NCBI RefSeq assembly: GCF_018350175.1
Contig: NC_058368.1
Span: 126,916,001 to 126,980,000, forward strand
Length of the DNA: 64,000 bases
Source: Felis catus
Lineage: Eukaryota
Direction: 5' to 3'
Shown here one piece after another: positions 27,075 to 40,379 of this stretch. The notes under the pieces are model-generated. The model was given only the letters and a program-made list of their open reading frames with translations, searched no databases and had not been told where the DNA came from. The number at the start of each line of letters is the position of its first letter. The stretch's first letter is position 1. Both the position numbers and the translations under genes were made by a program.

Positions 27075-27810
27075 CTTCATTCATTTGTTCATTTGTGTAC
27101 TCATTGGTTAGTTTATTCACTCAAAAATATAATGAATGTTTCTGTGGCAGATACAGTGACAGGTGCTGGACTCAATGATGATTAAAACACATCTTGTTTC
27201 TATGCTTAAGGATCTTGTGGAGCATAGAGTCAAAGGATGGTAACATATTATAAAAATTTTAAATCTGATTAACATTCTATGTAAAAATGCCTTCCCCCCC
27301 AAAAAAAGATAATTTATCTTCCATTAAGGAATGAAGGCTCAGTCACTGAGGAAGATAAACATGTAAACAAATATAAATTCAAATGACCAGTAGGTGACAT
27401 AGATTTCAAAAAAATGAAGGGGCTTTAGACAGTAAATCCTGGCTTTGGATTTGAGCTTCAAGTCTAGTCATGTGCTCTTGAGCCAGTTGTTCAAGACTTC
27501 TGAACCTCAGTCTTTTTCTCTGTAAAGTGAGAATATAAGCACCTTGGTTATTGGATAGTATGAGGATTATCTAAAGGTATGGGCAGATCATTAAATTGCA
27601 GTTCTTACAATTGTTACCTTCTGGAGTCATAGAATTTTTCACATTGGAGGGAACATTTCAACACTTGCTCTGAAAGAGCAAGTAGAGTTTATCACACAGA
27701 AAAAGTTTCTTAGGGTGTTCCAGAGAGAAGGAACAAAGTGTGTAAATTCATGTGAGCAGAATTAAAATGGTTTCTTGGAGGAACAGCAAATGGATGAGTG
27801 CAGGTGGGAA
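27075..27810 (-). mobile_element. L2 relic interrupted by a MIR (~27410-27600)
   Basis: TTCATTCATTTGTTCATT tail; MIR core TCTGAACCTCAGTCTTTTTCTCTGTAAAGTGAG. Confidence 0.6.
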
Positions 27811-28182
27811 CACCATGGTGTCTAAATAATCTGTTTTTATGCCTTCTTTCAACTGATAAACACAAGAAAGCATTCTAAAAATCAATTTAAATTCTTTCTC
27901 TTTATCTCTTTTCCATACCCCACACCATTGAAATACATACTTTTTTCAGAGTAATTCAATGTTAAGAGACTCGGTACATCAAGATTAGCAGATTTCACGG
28001 CATTAGACAAAAAACAGAAAGACAAGATAACAGCAAAAATGTTTTGTGTGAGAGCTTGAATGCTCCAGCAGGTTCAGAAGATGCAATTAAAGGGCTTAAA
28101 AACTGGTTCAGAGGTATTTATTTATTAGTGCTCCTGTCATCATCTTAATCACTCTTTTCCACCTAATAAAAACCCATTTCTT

Positions 28183-28372
28183 CTTTTTTTAAAGTTTATT
28201 TCATTTTTGAGAGAGAGAGAGAGAGAGAGAGGGCAAGAGAAAAAGGGAGAAAGAGGATCCCAAGCAGGATCTGCACTGACAGTGCAGGGCTCGAACCCAC
28301 GAACCAAGAGATCATGACTTGAGTCGAAGTCAAGAGTTGGACACTTCACTGACTGAGCTACCCAGGTGCCCC
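28183..28372 (-). mobile_element. Can-SINE
   Basis: (GA)n tract, ends CCCAGGTGCCCC; TSD TAAAAACCCAT(T/A)TCTT at 28167-28182 / 28373-28388. Confidence 0.95.
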
Positions 28373-29140
28373 TAAAAACCCATATCTTGTTGCTTATACT
28401 ACTTGTGAATTCTGTTCCAGGAAAGGAGTTCCTTTTTTAGCCAATGGGAAAGCCATCTCCTTTTTCTCTGGGAGATTCCTGAGCAACCACTAACAGTCAA
28501 TGTGAGCATGTCGACTACTTGCATGGATCCTTTTGTGTGTGGCAGTCAAAATGACTCACACTTCCAGATGGCAGTGTTAGCCTTCATTTAGATTCCACTC
28601 TTGGCACAATTAACCCAATCTGGTGCTATCTCAATAAATAACTTTTTCTGTTATGAGAACCAGGATTTTTAAAAATTAAAACTTTTTACTGCCCTAATTT
28701 CTGAGTATGGAGGTATCCTTTTTTCATTATAGATTGTCCAGAGAAAAGGGGTACAAGAGAAAAAAATTGAAAAAAAACCCCAGAATTTAATTACCCATTA
28801 AAGAGATAATCACCATGAACATTTTGATGTATTTCTGCCTAATCTTTGTTTTCTTTCCCTAAGTGGATCTCTTTGAGATTTTTAACAGAGGAATTACTAG
28901 GTCAAAGGGAATAAACATCTTTAAGTCTCTTGATGAATATCACCAAATTGTTTTTTAAGAAACGTTATACCAATTTCTGCTTTTATAGGTACTGAGAATA
29001 ACATCACGTGATATTCTACCCCCAAATTATGAGATATTATAAATATGTAAAACATAAATATGTCATTTCTTTGCTGTAGTTTGTACTTCTTATTACAAGT
29101 AAGAAGGGTCATTTTTTTATTTTATTTATATTGTTTTCCT

Positions 29141-29253
29141 TTTTTTTTGAAGTATAGTTGACATACAGTGTTATGTTAATTTCAGGTGGCTCAACAAGTG
29201 TGATTCAGTAAGTCTATATGTTATGCTATGCCCACTACAAGTGTAGGTACCAT
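29141..29253 (-). mobile_element. L1 3'-end fragment
   Basis: TTTTGAAGTATAGTTGACATACAGTGTTATGTTAATTTCAGGTG is the reverse complement of a carnivore L1 3'UTR end. Confidence 0.8.
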
Positions 29254-29798
29254 TCGAAGAAAGATCATTTTTAAATGTGTATTTCATTTTTAGCAAGGTT
29301 GTATAGACATATAAAGAACTTAATAATACCACTAAGAAAATAAAAATCCCCTGCACTGTCTCCCCTAACTCCTGCACATACTGGTACCTTCCACTCCTCA
29401 AAGGTAGCTACTTTCAGATCTTGTGGGTGATTTATTTGCTATATTATTCTATACCTCTAAATGACATACCTGTATTGCTACTTGTTAATATTTCAATTTT
29501 AGGCATCAATTATTGATATTCAGCATAAAGAGGGGAATTTAGCTTTTCATATATTCATACTTCTTAACTTCTTTTGGTTAGAATGAGTCATTGTCTTTAC
29601 TTTCAGTGGGGCTAAGGAAACTCTGTAAGTAGCTTAAACTATGTCATGCACATTCATTAATTTTGTTTTCTTCACAAGTTTTTTTTTTTCTTTGTAGTTG
29701 AAGATTCTTGTCCTGGTTTGCTTCTCTGTTTGCTTAAGTGTCTATATACTCATAACTAATTCAGTCCCAAACTGTGTCCCAACTGCAAAGCTCTCCTC

Positions 29799-30600
29799 TT
29801 AAATACAGCTCAAATGCATTAATAATATTATCAATTTCATTTTCCTGAATAAGTCTTTCCCAAAGGTCTCTTCTAATCTGGAATAGACATTCCCTATACC
29901 TGTTGCACAGCTCTGACTTTGCGATGTTCCTTCACCATTATACTCATAATAATGTTTTTTAAAATTTACTTCCTTGTTTTGGTTAGCACATTTCAAGCAG
30001 TTTCTTGAATAAGTTTGAATCAAGGCAAATTTTTTGAGGACACACGTCTTTAAAACTGGCTGTACTCTATGATCACTCCTGGTTGATAGTTTGGGTGAGT
30101 AGAGAATTCTTGGTTGAGAATCACTTTCTTTCAAAATTTAAAAGGCATTGATTGTTCCACTGTTTCCTAGGTTTCAATGAGCATCCTAAGAAGTCTGATG
30201 CCCTTTTTATTTTTAATGGTTTGTATATGACCTGATGATAATCTTTCAAAAAGTCTGTTTTATATACATATTGTGGTGGATGCTCCTATTAATGAGTTCT
30301 GGAAAGTTTTATTCAATTATTATTGCCGCTTACACTTTTCCTTCTAGAATTTCTATTATTTGAATGTTAGATTTCTGGGATTAGTCCTCTAATTTTCTCA
30401 TGCTTTTATTCTATATTTTCTATTTCTTTGTCTTTTTCTCTATTTTCCCGGACATATCCTAAAATTCATCTTTCAACTCTTCTATTTAGTATTTTTTTAA
30501 TTTCTTTTTTTTTAATTTTTTTTTTTATTTCTTCCTCCAGCATCTGTACTTCTTCTGAGTTCATCTTTTAAAATTTATTTTGGTTTCCATCTTTCATTTA
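29799..30600 (-). mobile_element. Ancient L1M/HAL1 ORF1 region
   Basis: Minus ORF 29799-30134 begins MKESDSQPRILYSPKLS, resembling the L1 ORF1p motif QPRILYPAKLS. Confidence 0.7.
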
Positions 30601-31439
30601 AATTCTTTCCCTAAAGGTTTAAATGATAAACCTTATCTATCTATTCATATTTAGATTAGGGTGTTAAAAACTGGAATGGAAGCTCTGTTTGCATGGATAA
30701 GATTTTTCAACTACAGTCTTTACCACAGAGTGATCTGGGTGGGGTATTTCATTCAACAACCCCTGTATCACTATCTTTGGGTCTTTTCTCAGGGGCTGTT
30801 GAATTCTCCACAGGATACCTCAATCTCCTATCCAGAGGGTTTATGCATAATTAGAAAATTAGTGGGGTAAAAATATTGGAATTCTCAACCTTTAAAACTC
30901 ATTCAACAAATATTTGAGTATCCGTATTTTCCAGCCTCCATTCTATCCTCTAAAGTAAAGTGGTAAATAAAATTGAAAACTCCTTATATTACTATGAACA
31001 AACTATATAAATGTTTACTTAATCCCTTTGTTTTTAACATCACACCTCAATTTTCATCTATGCCTGCTGCTCCTCAGTGTAGAGACTCTTTATACTCTTC
31101 TGAGGATAAATGCCTAGTGTTTTGTTTGGGTAAATAAGGGACAGTCGTACCACTCCATAGAGCATAAACTGTGATCTACATGTCTAACAGCTTCTTAAAC
31201 AGTTTTAGTTTTTACCCCACTTTTTAAGGTATTGGGTATGGCTGGTTTTTGTCTTTTGGTTGTTTTGTACTATTCATGGGATTGGTTCTTTTTGGCTAGC
31301 ATAGGATTCAGCTTTACTTGTCTGCAAAGGCTATAGATAGTAATAAATAGATTTATTTTCCAGCTTCCAAAATTTTGCTTTGTTACTCCTTTCCCACTTT
31401 CTTTGTCATTGTAGTTTATGCTTTTAAAAGATCTTTTAA

Positions 31440-32980
31440 TTCTGAAAACTGTAACACATTGATTAAAGAAATTGAAAAAGACACAAATAAATAGAAAGGT
31501 ATACACTGTGCTCATGAATTGGAAGAATTAATATTGTTAAAATGTTTATACTACCCACATTAATCTATACATTCAGTGCAATCCTGATCAAAATACCCAT
31601 GACATTTTTTTCCACAGAACTAGAATAAATAATCCTAAAATTTGTATGGAACCCAAGAGGCCCTGAATAGCAAAGCAATCCTGAGAAAGAAGAACAAAGG
31701 TGGAGATATCACAATACCAGGTTTTAAACTACTACTACAAAGCTAAAGTAATCAAAATAGCACGGTATTGGCACAAAAACAGACACATAGATGAGTGAAA
31801 CAGAATAGAGGCCTGGAAATAAACCCGTGCTTATATGATCAGTTAATCTATGACAAAGAAGGCAAGAATATAGAATGGGAGGACAGTCTCTTCAACAAAT
31901 GGTGCTGGAAAAGTTGGTCAGCACTATGCAAAAGAATGAAAATGGACCACTTTCTTACACCATACATTAAAACAAACAAACAAACAAAACAAAACAAAAC
32001 AAAACAAACAAACAACGCCCTCAAATGGATTAAAGATTAAAGACTTAGATGTAAAACCTGAAACTCCTAGAAGAAAACACAGTCAGTAAACTCTTTGATA
32101 TCAATCTTAGAGATATCTTTTTTTTGGATCTTTCTCCTCACACAAGGAAAACAAAAGCAAAAATAAACAAATGAGACTATATCAAACTAAAAACTTTTAC
32201 ACAGTGAAAACAAAATAAAAAAAGGCAACCTAATGAATGAGAGAAGATATTTGCAAATGATATATATGACAAGGCGTTAACCTACAAAACGTACAAAGAA
32301 CTGATACAACTCAACACACAAAAAACCAATAATCCAGTTTAAAAATGGGCAGAAGACATGTACAGACATTTCTCCCAAGAAGACATATAAATGGGCGACA
32401 GACACAAGGAAAGATGCTTAGCATCACTAGTTATCAGGCAAATGAAAATCAAAACCACAATAAGATATTACTTCACACCACTCAGAATGGTTAGGATGAA
32501 CAAAAAACAAGAAATCAGGAGTGTTGGCACGGATGTAGAGAAAAGAGAACACTTGTGCACTGTTGGTAGAAATGTAAATAAATTGATGCAGATACTGTGT
32601 AAAACAGTATGAAGTTTTCTCAAAAAATTAAAAATAAAACAACCCTATGATCTTATAATTCTACTTCTAGTTATTTTTCTGAAGAAAAAAAATACTGATT
32701 TGAAAAGAGATATGCACTCTATGTTCATCAGAGTGTTATTTATAAGAGCTAAGAAATGTCCACTGAGAGATATATGGGTAAAGAAGATGTGACATATATC
32801 ACTTGACCATATAATGTGATATAATATATATTAGTTGGTCATAAAAAAGATATAATCTTGCCATCTGCAATGACATGGATGAACCTTGAGGATTATGCGA
32901 AGGGAAATAAGTCAGATAAGGAGAAATATAAATACTATATTGTATGTCAATTATTCTTCAATAAAAAATACAGACAAATT
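31440..32980 (+). mobile_element. 5'-truncated L1 (ORF2 C-terminal part and 3'UTR)
   Basis: SENCNTLIKEIEKDTNK...; [26 protein letters not shown]; 3' end TGTATGTCAATTATTCTTCAATAAAAAA; internal (AAAAC)n at ~31968-32015. Confidence 0.95.
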
Positions 32981-33790
32981 AAAAAAGTCCTTTTATGGTT
33001 TCAGAAGGCAGAGGTGTTAAATGAATGTGCTAATTGCTCTTATCCAGAGGTCCAAATGGCTTTTCATATTCTAACTTGTCATTTACCTATCCTCTTTTGT
33101 GAATTGTCTGAATATCTCTGATTATTTAACATTGAAGCTTTAGTGTTTTCCTTACTTAATTTCATGAGCTCTTTCTTTGTTAGTGTATTAACCAATGACC
33201 TGAAATATCTTTAGGGTGACTGACCTCAAAGCTCACTGAGTTACCTATAGTTCTAGTGGTTTAGAAAGTATGTAGGTCATGAATTGCTAAGATGGAAGAG
33301 ATGTAATGAAACTTACTCTGAATATTTTACCAAAATACATATATTTAAAATCACATTAAATGACAACGACCAATCACTACTAGACTTTAAACCTGTAACA
33401 GGAAGATATTCACCTTTAACAATATTAATTCAATAGAGTTGAACAGTTGATATGTGTGAAGCACCATATGCCTGAAAGTACAAATACCAAGGGTCTGAAT
33501 CCCTTCTTTATAGGATTTTCAGGAGAAAACAGATCAATAAATAATTATAAAACAATGAGGGCTGATCTATATCAGAAGCACAAATCTTAGGACAACTAAT
33601 TTGACCCGTTAGGGAGAATTGGGGAAGTTTTGGAGCTAAACAGCTAATATTTGGGGGGACCTTGCAAGGGGAACACAGGTTTTGCTAGGTTGCAAGGGTG
33701 ACAAAAGGCATCCCAGGATGAAAAAAGAGAATGTGCAAAATGTTGCAGATGTAAAAAAAAATGTGTATTTAAAGAATGGTGAAAAGTCTT

Positions 33791-34013
33791 GGGGCGCCTG
33801 GGTGGCGCGGTCGGTTAAGCGTCCAACTTCAGCCGGGTCATGATCTCGCGGTCCGTGAGTTCGAGCCCCGCGTCAGGCTCTGGGCTGATGGCTCGGAGCC
33901 TGGAGCCTGTTTCCAATTCTGTGTCTCCCTCTCTCTCTGCCCCTCCCCCGTTCATGCTCTGTCTCTCTCTGTCCCAAAAATAAATAAACGTTGAAAAAAA
34001 AATTAAAAAAAAA
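33791..34013 (+). mobile_element. Very young felid Can-SINE (SINEC_Fc-like)
   Basis: GGGGCGCCTGGGTGGCGCGGTCGGTTAAGCGTCC with CpGs intact; perfect 20-bp TSD AAAGAATGGTGAAAAGTCTT at 33771-33790 / 34014-34033. Confidence 0.98.
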
Positions 34014-36225
34014 AAAGAATGGTGAAAAGTCTTAAAGGGTTGCTGAAGGTATAGAAAATAAAAAGTTGAAACTGGACTTGATTGTAAAACCAGAATCTAG
34101 CCTAGTCCCCTTAATTTTACAGACTGGAAATCAGTGCTAGAGAAGTTACAGGTTGTCAAAAATTCCACTCTTAACAGAACTGGGACTGGGACATAATATT
34201 CTGACTCATTTTAGAGCATTTTTTTATTATATCACATAGTTCTTTGCCTCTCATTATAGATACAGATTATTTTCCTAAAAGCAAGTATAAAAAGGACTGA
34301 TCAGATAATTTGGGAGACAAATTAGAATTCAATTCTAATCTATTGCTAGTGGCAACTTTGAAGTCTTTTGTAGAGAAGAATTCTAAGGCTTACAGAAAAA
34401 TGCACAATTTCTTAATTATGTCTATTTACCACGGGCATAGGATGGGAAAAGTGGCACGTAATTATCTTCTGAGGATAGGAACCACCTAATGGGGAATGAG
34501 GAGTAGAGAATGAGAAAAAAGAATACACCATATGTAATTTATGACTAATCTCCTTTTGGCTTAGTTTACATTACAAATTTATTCTTCTGAAAAAGTCCTT
34601 AAATTTTGGATTAGATCATTTGAAACCTCTCCCTTTTCAAAGTTAATTTCTTTTCTTGTTTTAGTTTGCTCATTTGGCCATTGAATATGCTTGCTATTCA
34701 GTATTTAAGATTACACAAAACTATTCTTTAGTCACTGTCATTCCTTTGGAGTGGAAATTTTCTCGTTTTTTCAATCTTTCAAATTATTGCTATGCATTTT
34801 TGTTGCAAAAAAAACATTTCTGTCAGATTTTAGTTTCTCACTCAAATAAATAGGTATTTATTAAGACTGCATTTCTTAGAAATGAAAACAATCATCGACT
34901 GTGTTCAAGCATGCACTTATTTGGAATCAGGTACATAAGAAGGAAAAGTCTTTTTATAATGTAGAATTATTTTAAAAATTGATTATTACTTCTTACAAAT
35001 GTAGAGCACACAAAAGATTCTCATAATTTTTTAAAGTGTAACATTAAGTAGACATAGGTATTATCTTTTAGCATACTATGTAATTTTTTCTAAATTTTTC
35101 CACAACCTATTTATTTTATCTGTATTTTCAGCTATAAATACCTACTTGTATTTTTTAAAGACCCATACTATTTTTCCCTATGTGATTTGACCTAAAATGA
35201 CATTCTATGTATATGAGGTAATTTATTCATTTTTCTACTTTCTGATGTTTGCCAGTTCTACATGCCATTGTAGATCCTTCTAGAAAGCACTTCTGAAGAA
35301 TTGTGTTTTATTCTGGCTCTCTTGAGTAACCTGTTGAGAATTCTTGGAATAAACCAGAAGGAAGGCTACAGAGACAAAAGAGCACTATAGCTTCCTTAAA
35401 GTTAATGAAACAGAATCCCCTGACTCATGTTAGTAATCAAACTAAAATGGCAATTTTCACATTAATAACTTCTATTTTATGTAGAACATACTTTATACTG
35501 AAATTTATAAATAGGAAAACAACAATTTCAGCTATAATTGGAGCCTTTTAGAAAATAAAATAAAAACCTATTCCCACTAGTAAAAAATTGGGGTTTAAAC
35601 CTAGAGAACAAGTATTTTAAATATTTAATAGAAAAAAAATCCCTGATTTGCACTCTGTGTAAACAATTAGGTTTGAGAATATTGCTGTATAACACAGAAA
35701 ATACCAGCTAGACTGTCTGAAGTCTTCAATGACAGAGAAACAAACAAAAAAGCTAGCTCTACAACAATGAAAATATGGAACTTGGAGTGCCTGGTGGCCA
35801 TAAATATACACCTTTATTAGCCTAACAATTTATATACAGTTCATGCAAGTAGCAAGTTTGACAAATATGATCATCACTCCCAAGTTGAAACAAATAGTCT
35901 TTGCTAAGAGCAAAGGATGGTTATTCAGCAGATGGTATTATTTTTCTTGCCAATTCATATTCATAAAACTCAATAAATGCTTAGCTTTAAAAATGTCAAA
36001 TAACTGAGATTTCAGAATAATACATACCAACTAATCTGCTCTGCTTATCTCCACCCTGTCACTCTCCTCTTCAAGAGCTCAAACAAGATAGTATGATTGA
36101 CACCAATGAAAGCAAAAACCTAATCTTGCTTACTGCTACATGGTCTTATCTATAATGTACCATGTCAATATCTTACAAAAGATAACATAATTCAGAGCAA
36201 TAATATACCCCAAAGTGCTAATCTA

Positions 36226-36264
<39 letters not shown>

Positions 36265-36281
36265 ACACACATACACACACA

Positions 36282-36325
<44 letters not shown>

Positions 36326-36326
36326 A
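36226..36326. repeat. Long interrupted (CA)n microsatellite (~100 bp)
   Basis: Direct reading. Confidence 0.97.
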
Positions 36327-36419
36327 GTATGTAGAACATTTTTTTTTTATTCCTGTTGGAATTGCCACCAAGAAGAAAACGTTTCATTGCCAACTAAATA
36401 AGAGTTCATTTCCAGTCTG

Positions 36420-36665
36420 GTGTTAAAAGCTAGAGTTTTAAATACATAAAAAATTGGGTTTGAATCCTAACTGCCATTTATAAGCTGTGTGACAATTCGT
36501 CAAGACACTTAAACTCTCTGGTCTCAGCTTTTTTATTCATAAAGTTGTGAATATGGGGTTCTTCTGAATATTAAAAAGGCATTTACGTGTAGAGATCTTA
36601 GCATAATGTTTGCATAGAGTATATATTTAACAAAATGGTAACTAATAATATTGGCTTAGTTATTA
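36420..36665 (+). mobile_element. MIR SINE relic
   Basis: TGGGTTTGAATCCTAACTGCCATTTATAAGCTGTGTGAC...TTAAACTCTCTGGTCTCAG. Confidence 0.75.
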
Positions 36666-37575
36666 GAGAACTAAAGTTTTACATAAAGTAAGGAGTTGTC
36701 CCTAAGGTGCATTCAATGCAACTTTGATTTTTAAAAATTCCTTTTTGTCACTTTGATTTTCTAGGGAGAAAACCTCACTCCATTTTTCTTGAATTTGCTT
36801 TGAATTGTAAAAGAGATTTGTAGGCAATTGAAGCAGTTACACTGTACTACATATGCAGAAAACTGACAGCTGGTTTTCAAGATTTGGCAAGAGTTCCCAA
36901 CATTTTTTCTCAAACACACCTGAAGGCTACCATGCAAAAGTGGTAAGTCAGCTGCTCTGGGAGACTGCTACAGGGATAGGGCAGGACAGGACTTAGGAAC
37001 AGAACTAGCCAAGACTCTGTCCTTCCCACCCAGGAGACACTTGCCCTGTCCCTTCCCTGCCCCAAGACACAACCTTCTGGCTATAGATCAGAGGAGTCTT
37101 TCTTTTTTGTACAAGAACAACGAAAGCAAAAAACATCTTAGCAGTGTGGGTTTTTACCTGAACTACTTAGAAGCCCCTGAATTCCCCCAAATCCCTACTC
37201 TATAGTGGAATTGCTATTACTTGGGTGAGCATCTGAGTCTTTTTTGGAGTCTGATGGGACACAACGGATGACTATTCTGTCTTCAGAAACATCTGACTCT
37301 ATCTCCTTTAGTCTCCTCTTCTTTTATGCCCATCCCCCAGCTTATTGTCTTTCTTTCCAACTTTATAACTAGTTCACTGATTTAAAAATCAATAGAACAA
37401 ATAAACAGTCAGGCATAACACTGTTCATTGCAGTGCTGTTTGTAACTTAAAAAGTCCTATCTACTGGTAGAGCTGTATATGTACTTAAGTGTAATAATCT
37501 CCAAAACATATTACATATAAAAGGCAGTCACAGAAGAACACATGCAGAGTATCACTTTCAGTAATAATAATTCTT

Positions 37576-37780
37576 TGAGCGCCTAGGTGGTTCAGTTAGT
37601 TAAGCATCTAACTTCTGCTCAGGTCATGATCTCACAGCTCCTGAGTTCAAGCCCCGCATTGGGCTGTGTGCTAACAGCTCAGAGCCTGGAGCCTGCTTCA
37701 GATTCTGTGTCTCCCTCTCTCTCTCTGACCCTCCCCCACTCACGCTCTGTCTCTGTCTCTCAAAAATAAACATTAAAGAA
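37576..37780 (+). mobile_element. Can-SINE
   Basis: GAGCGCCTAGGTGGTTCAGTTAGTTAAG head, CT tract, A tail; short TSD AATAATTC. Confidence 0.95.
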
Positions 37781-38333
37781 AATAATTCCCATAATTCTAA
37801 TATATGAGTATTCATTTAAAATTTCTGGAAGTTTATACATCAAATGGTATCATTGCTAAGTGGATACTTTTAGGGAGAGCAAATCCAAAGAAACGTGAAG
37901 GACTTTCTCATATTCTGTATTGTTTCAAGTATTTTGTGACATGAAGATACTTATATATTTATATATTACTTACACAATAAAACTGTATTCATTTAAAGAA
38001 AAAAAAACCTCATAGTAGAAATCTTAGGAAATACAAAAAAAGTAGAGACAATGCAGAAAAAGCACATATAATTCTACAACCCAACATTTCTTACTATAAT
38101 TTTTTTTATTTTTCCCAATACATTTCTATACATATATGCACACATTAAATTTTTAAAGCATTATTGGGACTAATTTTATTAACCTGATACCCTAAAATGT
38201 TTGAAATATCAAAAAAAGGTAATTTCTATTAAGAAGCAGCAGTAGTAATAAGTGGGCAAGCAGGCTGTGGTTTCTAGCTGTATAGCTCGAAATCCAGTTG
38301 AAGACACAATACATAGAACAAGGATGCTACAGT

Positions 38334-38334
<1 letters not shown>

Positions 38335-38368
<34 letters not shown>
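38335..38368. repeat. (CA)n microsatellite
   Basis: Direct reading. Confidence 0.95.
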
Positions 38369-38372
<4 letters not shown>

Positions 38373-39732
38373 TCCATGTTATCAATCCCAGTCAGGTCAG
38401 AGCAGCTGAAGATTGCCTGGGGGCCTGCACTGTCTTAAGCTACTGACCTAATTCTTAGTACTTCATTCTGGTCCATTTCCTGCATGACCTCAGAATGTGT
38501 CATTGTGAATTCCATAATAGACAGCAGTTGCAAATTTTGGAATGTGGATTTTGATATACGGCTCTAATAAATGTAATGGACATGACACTGAAGCTCTGTG
38601 AGCCTCAGGTTCCTCCTCTCTATACTGAACTCAACAGCCCCTTCCAGTATAAACAGTCTAATTTACTAAAAACCACAAAGAATCATGTTGAATGGACCAC
38701 CACTACATGCTACTTTCAGAGATCTTAAATTAATCCCACAGCCAAGCTTCCTGCAAAATGACTTCACTGTTGCATTGTGTGGCATTTGTCTCCATTCTCC
38801 AGAATGCTCACCAGATGGTGAAGGAGTGTATCTATCCATGTTGCAACATTTTCATAGTGTTCCTTGCCACTCACTATTCAAAAGTTGTAAAAAACCTGTG
38901 GAAGCAAGTACTCAGCTGGAAAATGTGGCTTTCTCTTTAGGAATTGTCTGCAGGGCAACACAGGGGCCCCCAAACAGCTATTGTATGATGATACCTATGA
39001 TCCATGGTTTTGATCTTCTTTGAAGTTTATTAGAAAACAAACTTGAATCTGTATCAATCTTGACAGGCATGGGAGTCAGAAGCACAAAGAGGAAATGTGA
39101 ATCTCTCCCAATATTCTATTTAGTTTTATTATACAATCATGAAACTCATTATAATTTGAGATCTGCACTATTACTATGAAGGAGATAGTACATAAATATT
39201 TAATCTTATCACTGTGGTAAAATCTTGAGAATAAAATCATGGTTTGATACTATCAGCCATTGTGAAGGAGAAGAATAACAAAGTTTTCATCAACATCCTA
39301 TGAAGTTCATGTTAGAAGCTTTTAATGAAACAGGGATAGATTAACTTCAAGTAAACAGTCATACTAAAATTGTTGATTATTTTGTTTGGAAATCTGTTGT
39401 CTATAGAACAATGAGGGAAAACCATAAAGTCTTACTCTCTCCAAGGAGAAGTCATGCTACCAAGCCATCCATGATATGAAAATCTTTTTATTTGAAAAAG
39501 GTTAACAATCATCAAAATGGATGCTATGGGGGCCAAATATCACTTAAGCAATATTTTACAGAAACTGCAAATTTGTTGAGAGAGGTGACTACAGTATCAA
39601 TTACTGGTGTTCCCTGTTTCAGAAGAGAAGTTGAATCCTGCCCTATCTCTGAAGAGTAATAACTTCCTTCTGTTTGGTTTTGTGTTTTCTAAGTGCACAT
39701 GATAAACAGCAGAAAAGTAAGTCTTTTTCATA

Positions 39733-39983
39733 GTTTTAAATTGAAGTGTGATTGACATATAATATCCCATTAGCTTCAGGTGTATATCACAGTTATTTGA
39801 TATTTTTATACATTATAAAATGATTCCATAAGTTTAATTACCATCTGTCATCATACAATTTTTTTACTGTATTATTCACTATATTTGCTATGTGGTATAT
39901 TATATCCCCATAGCTTATTTATTTTATAACTGGAAGTTTGTACCTTTTAATTACCTTCACCTGTTTTGTCCCCAACCCCTACC
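39733..39983 (-). mobile_element. L1 3'UTR fragment (L1MA-like)
   Basis: AATTGAAGTGTGATTGACATATAA...TTATTTATTTTATAACTGGAAGTTTGTACCTTTT. Confidence 0.85.
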
Positions 39984-40379
39984 ACAAACAGGTCTGTTTT
40001 TAGCACTTATGTGTAACATCCATTAAGTATCAACATGGACATTATTCTGAGTCTTATGGACAAGAAGAAATCAGATAAGGAAAGTGGATTTGTTTTCTGA
40101 TCTATCTCTTAAGTTCAATTCTCCTGTATGTATTTTCTCTCTAAAGAGAGGAATGTCCTTATGATTACAGAATTATCACTGGATGGATGGTTCAATTACT
40201 AAACAGTTGTCTATAGAATTTCCTCAAAATCATATTTATTCCATAATGTTCCCCTATAAGGTAAAATTGAATCCACAATCTCTTTCCTAGCATTCAACAA
40301 TGTCCCTCAGCTAGCCCATCACACTTACTAAAGAGTTGATAGTAAAACAGGACTACTAGTACAATAAGAATAAAAGAAT

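Noticed and set aside
33776..33994. ORFs such as MVKSLGAPGWRGRLSVQLQ and tRNA-like A/B boxes
   Set aside because: These are translations and internal promoters of Can-SINEs, not genes or true tRNAs.
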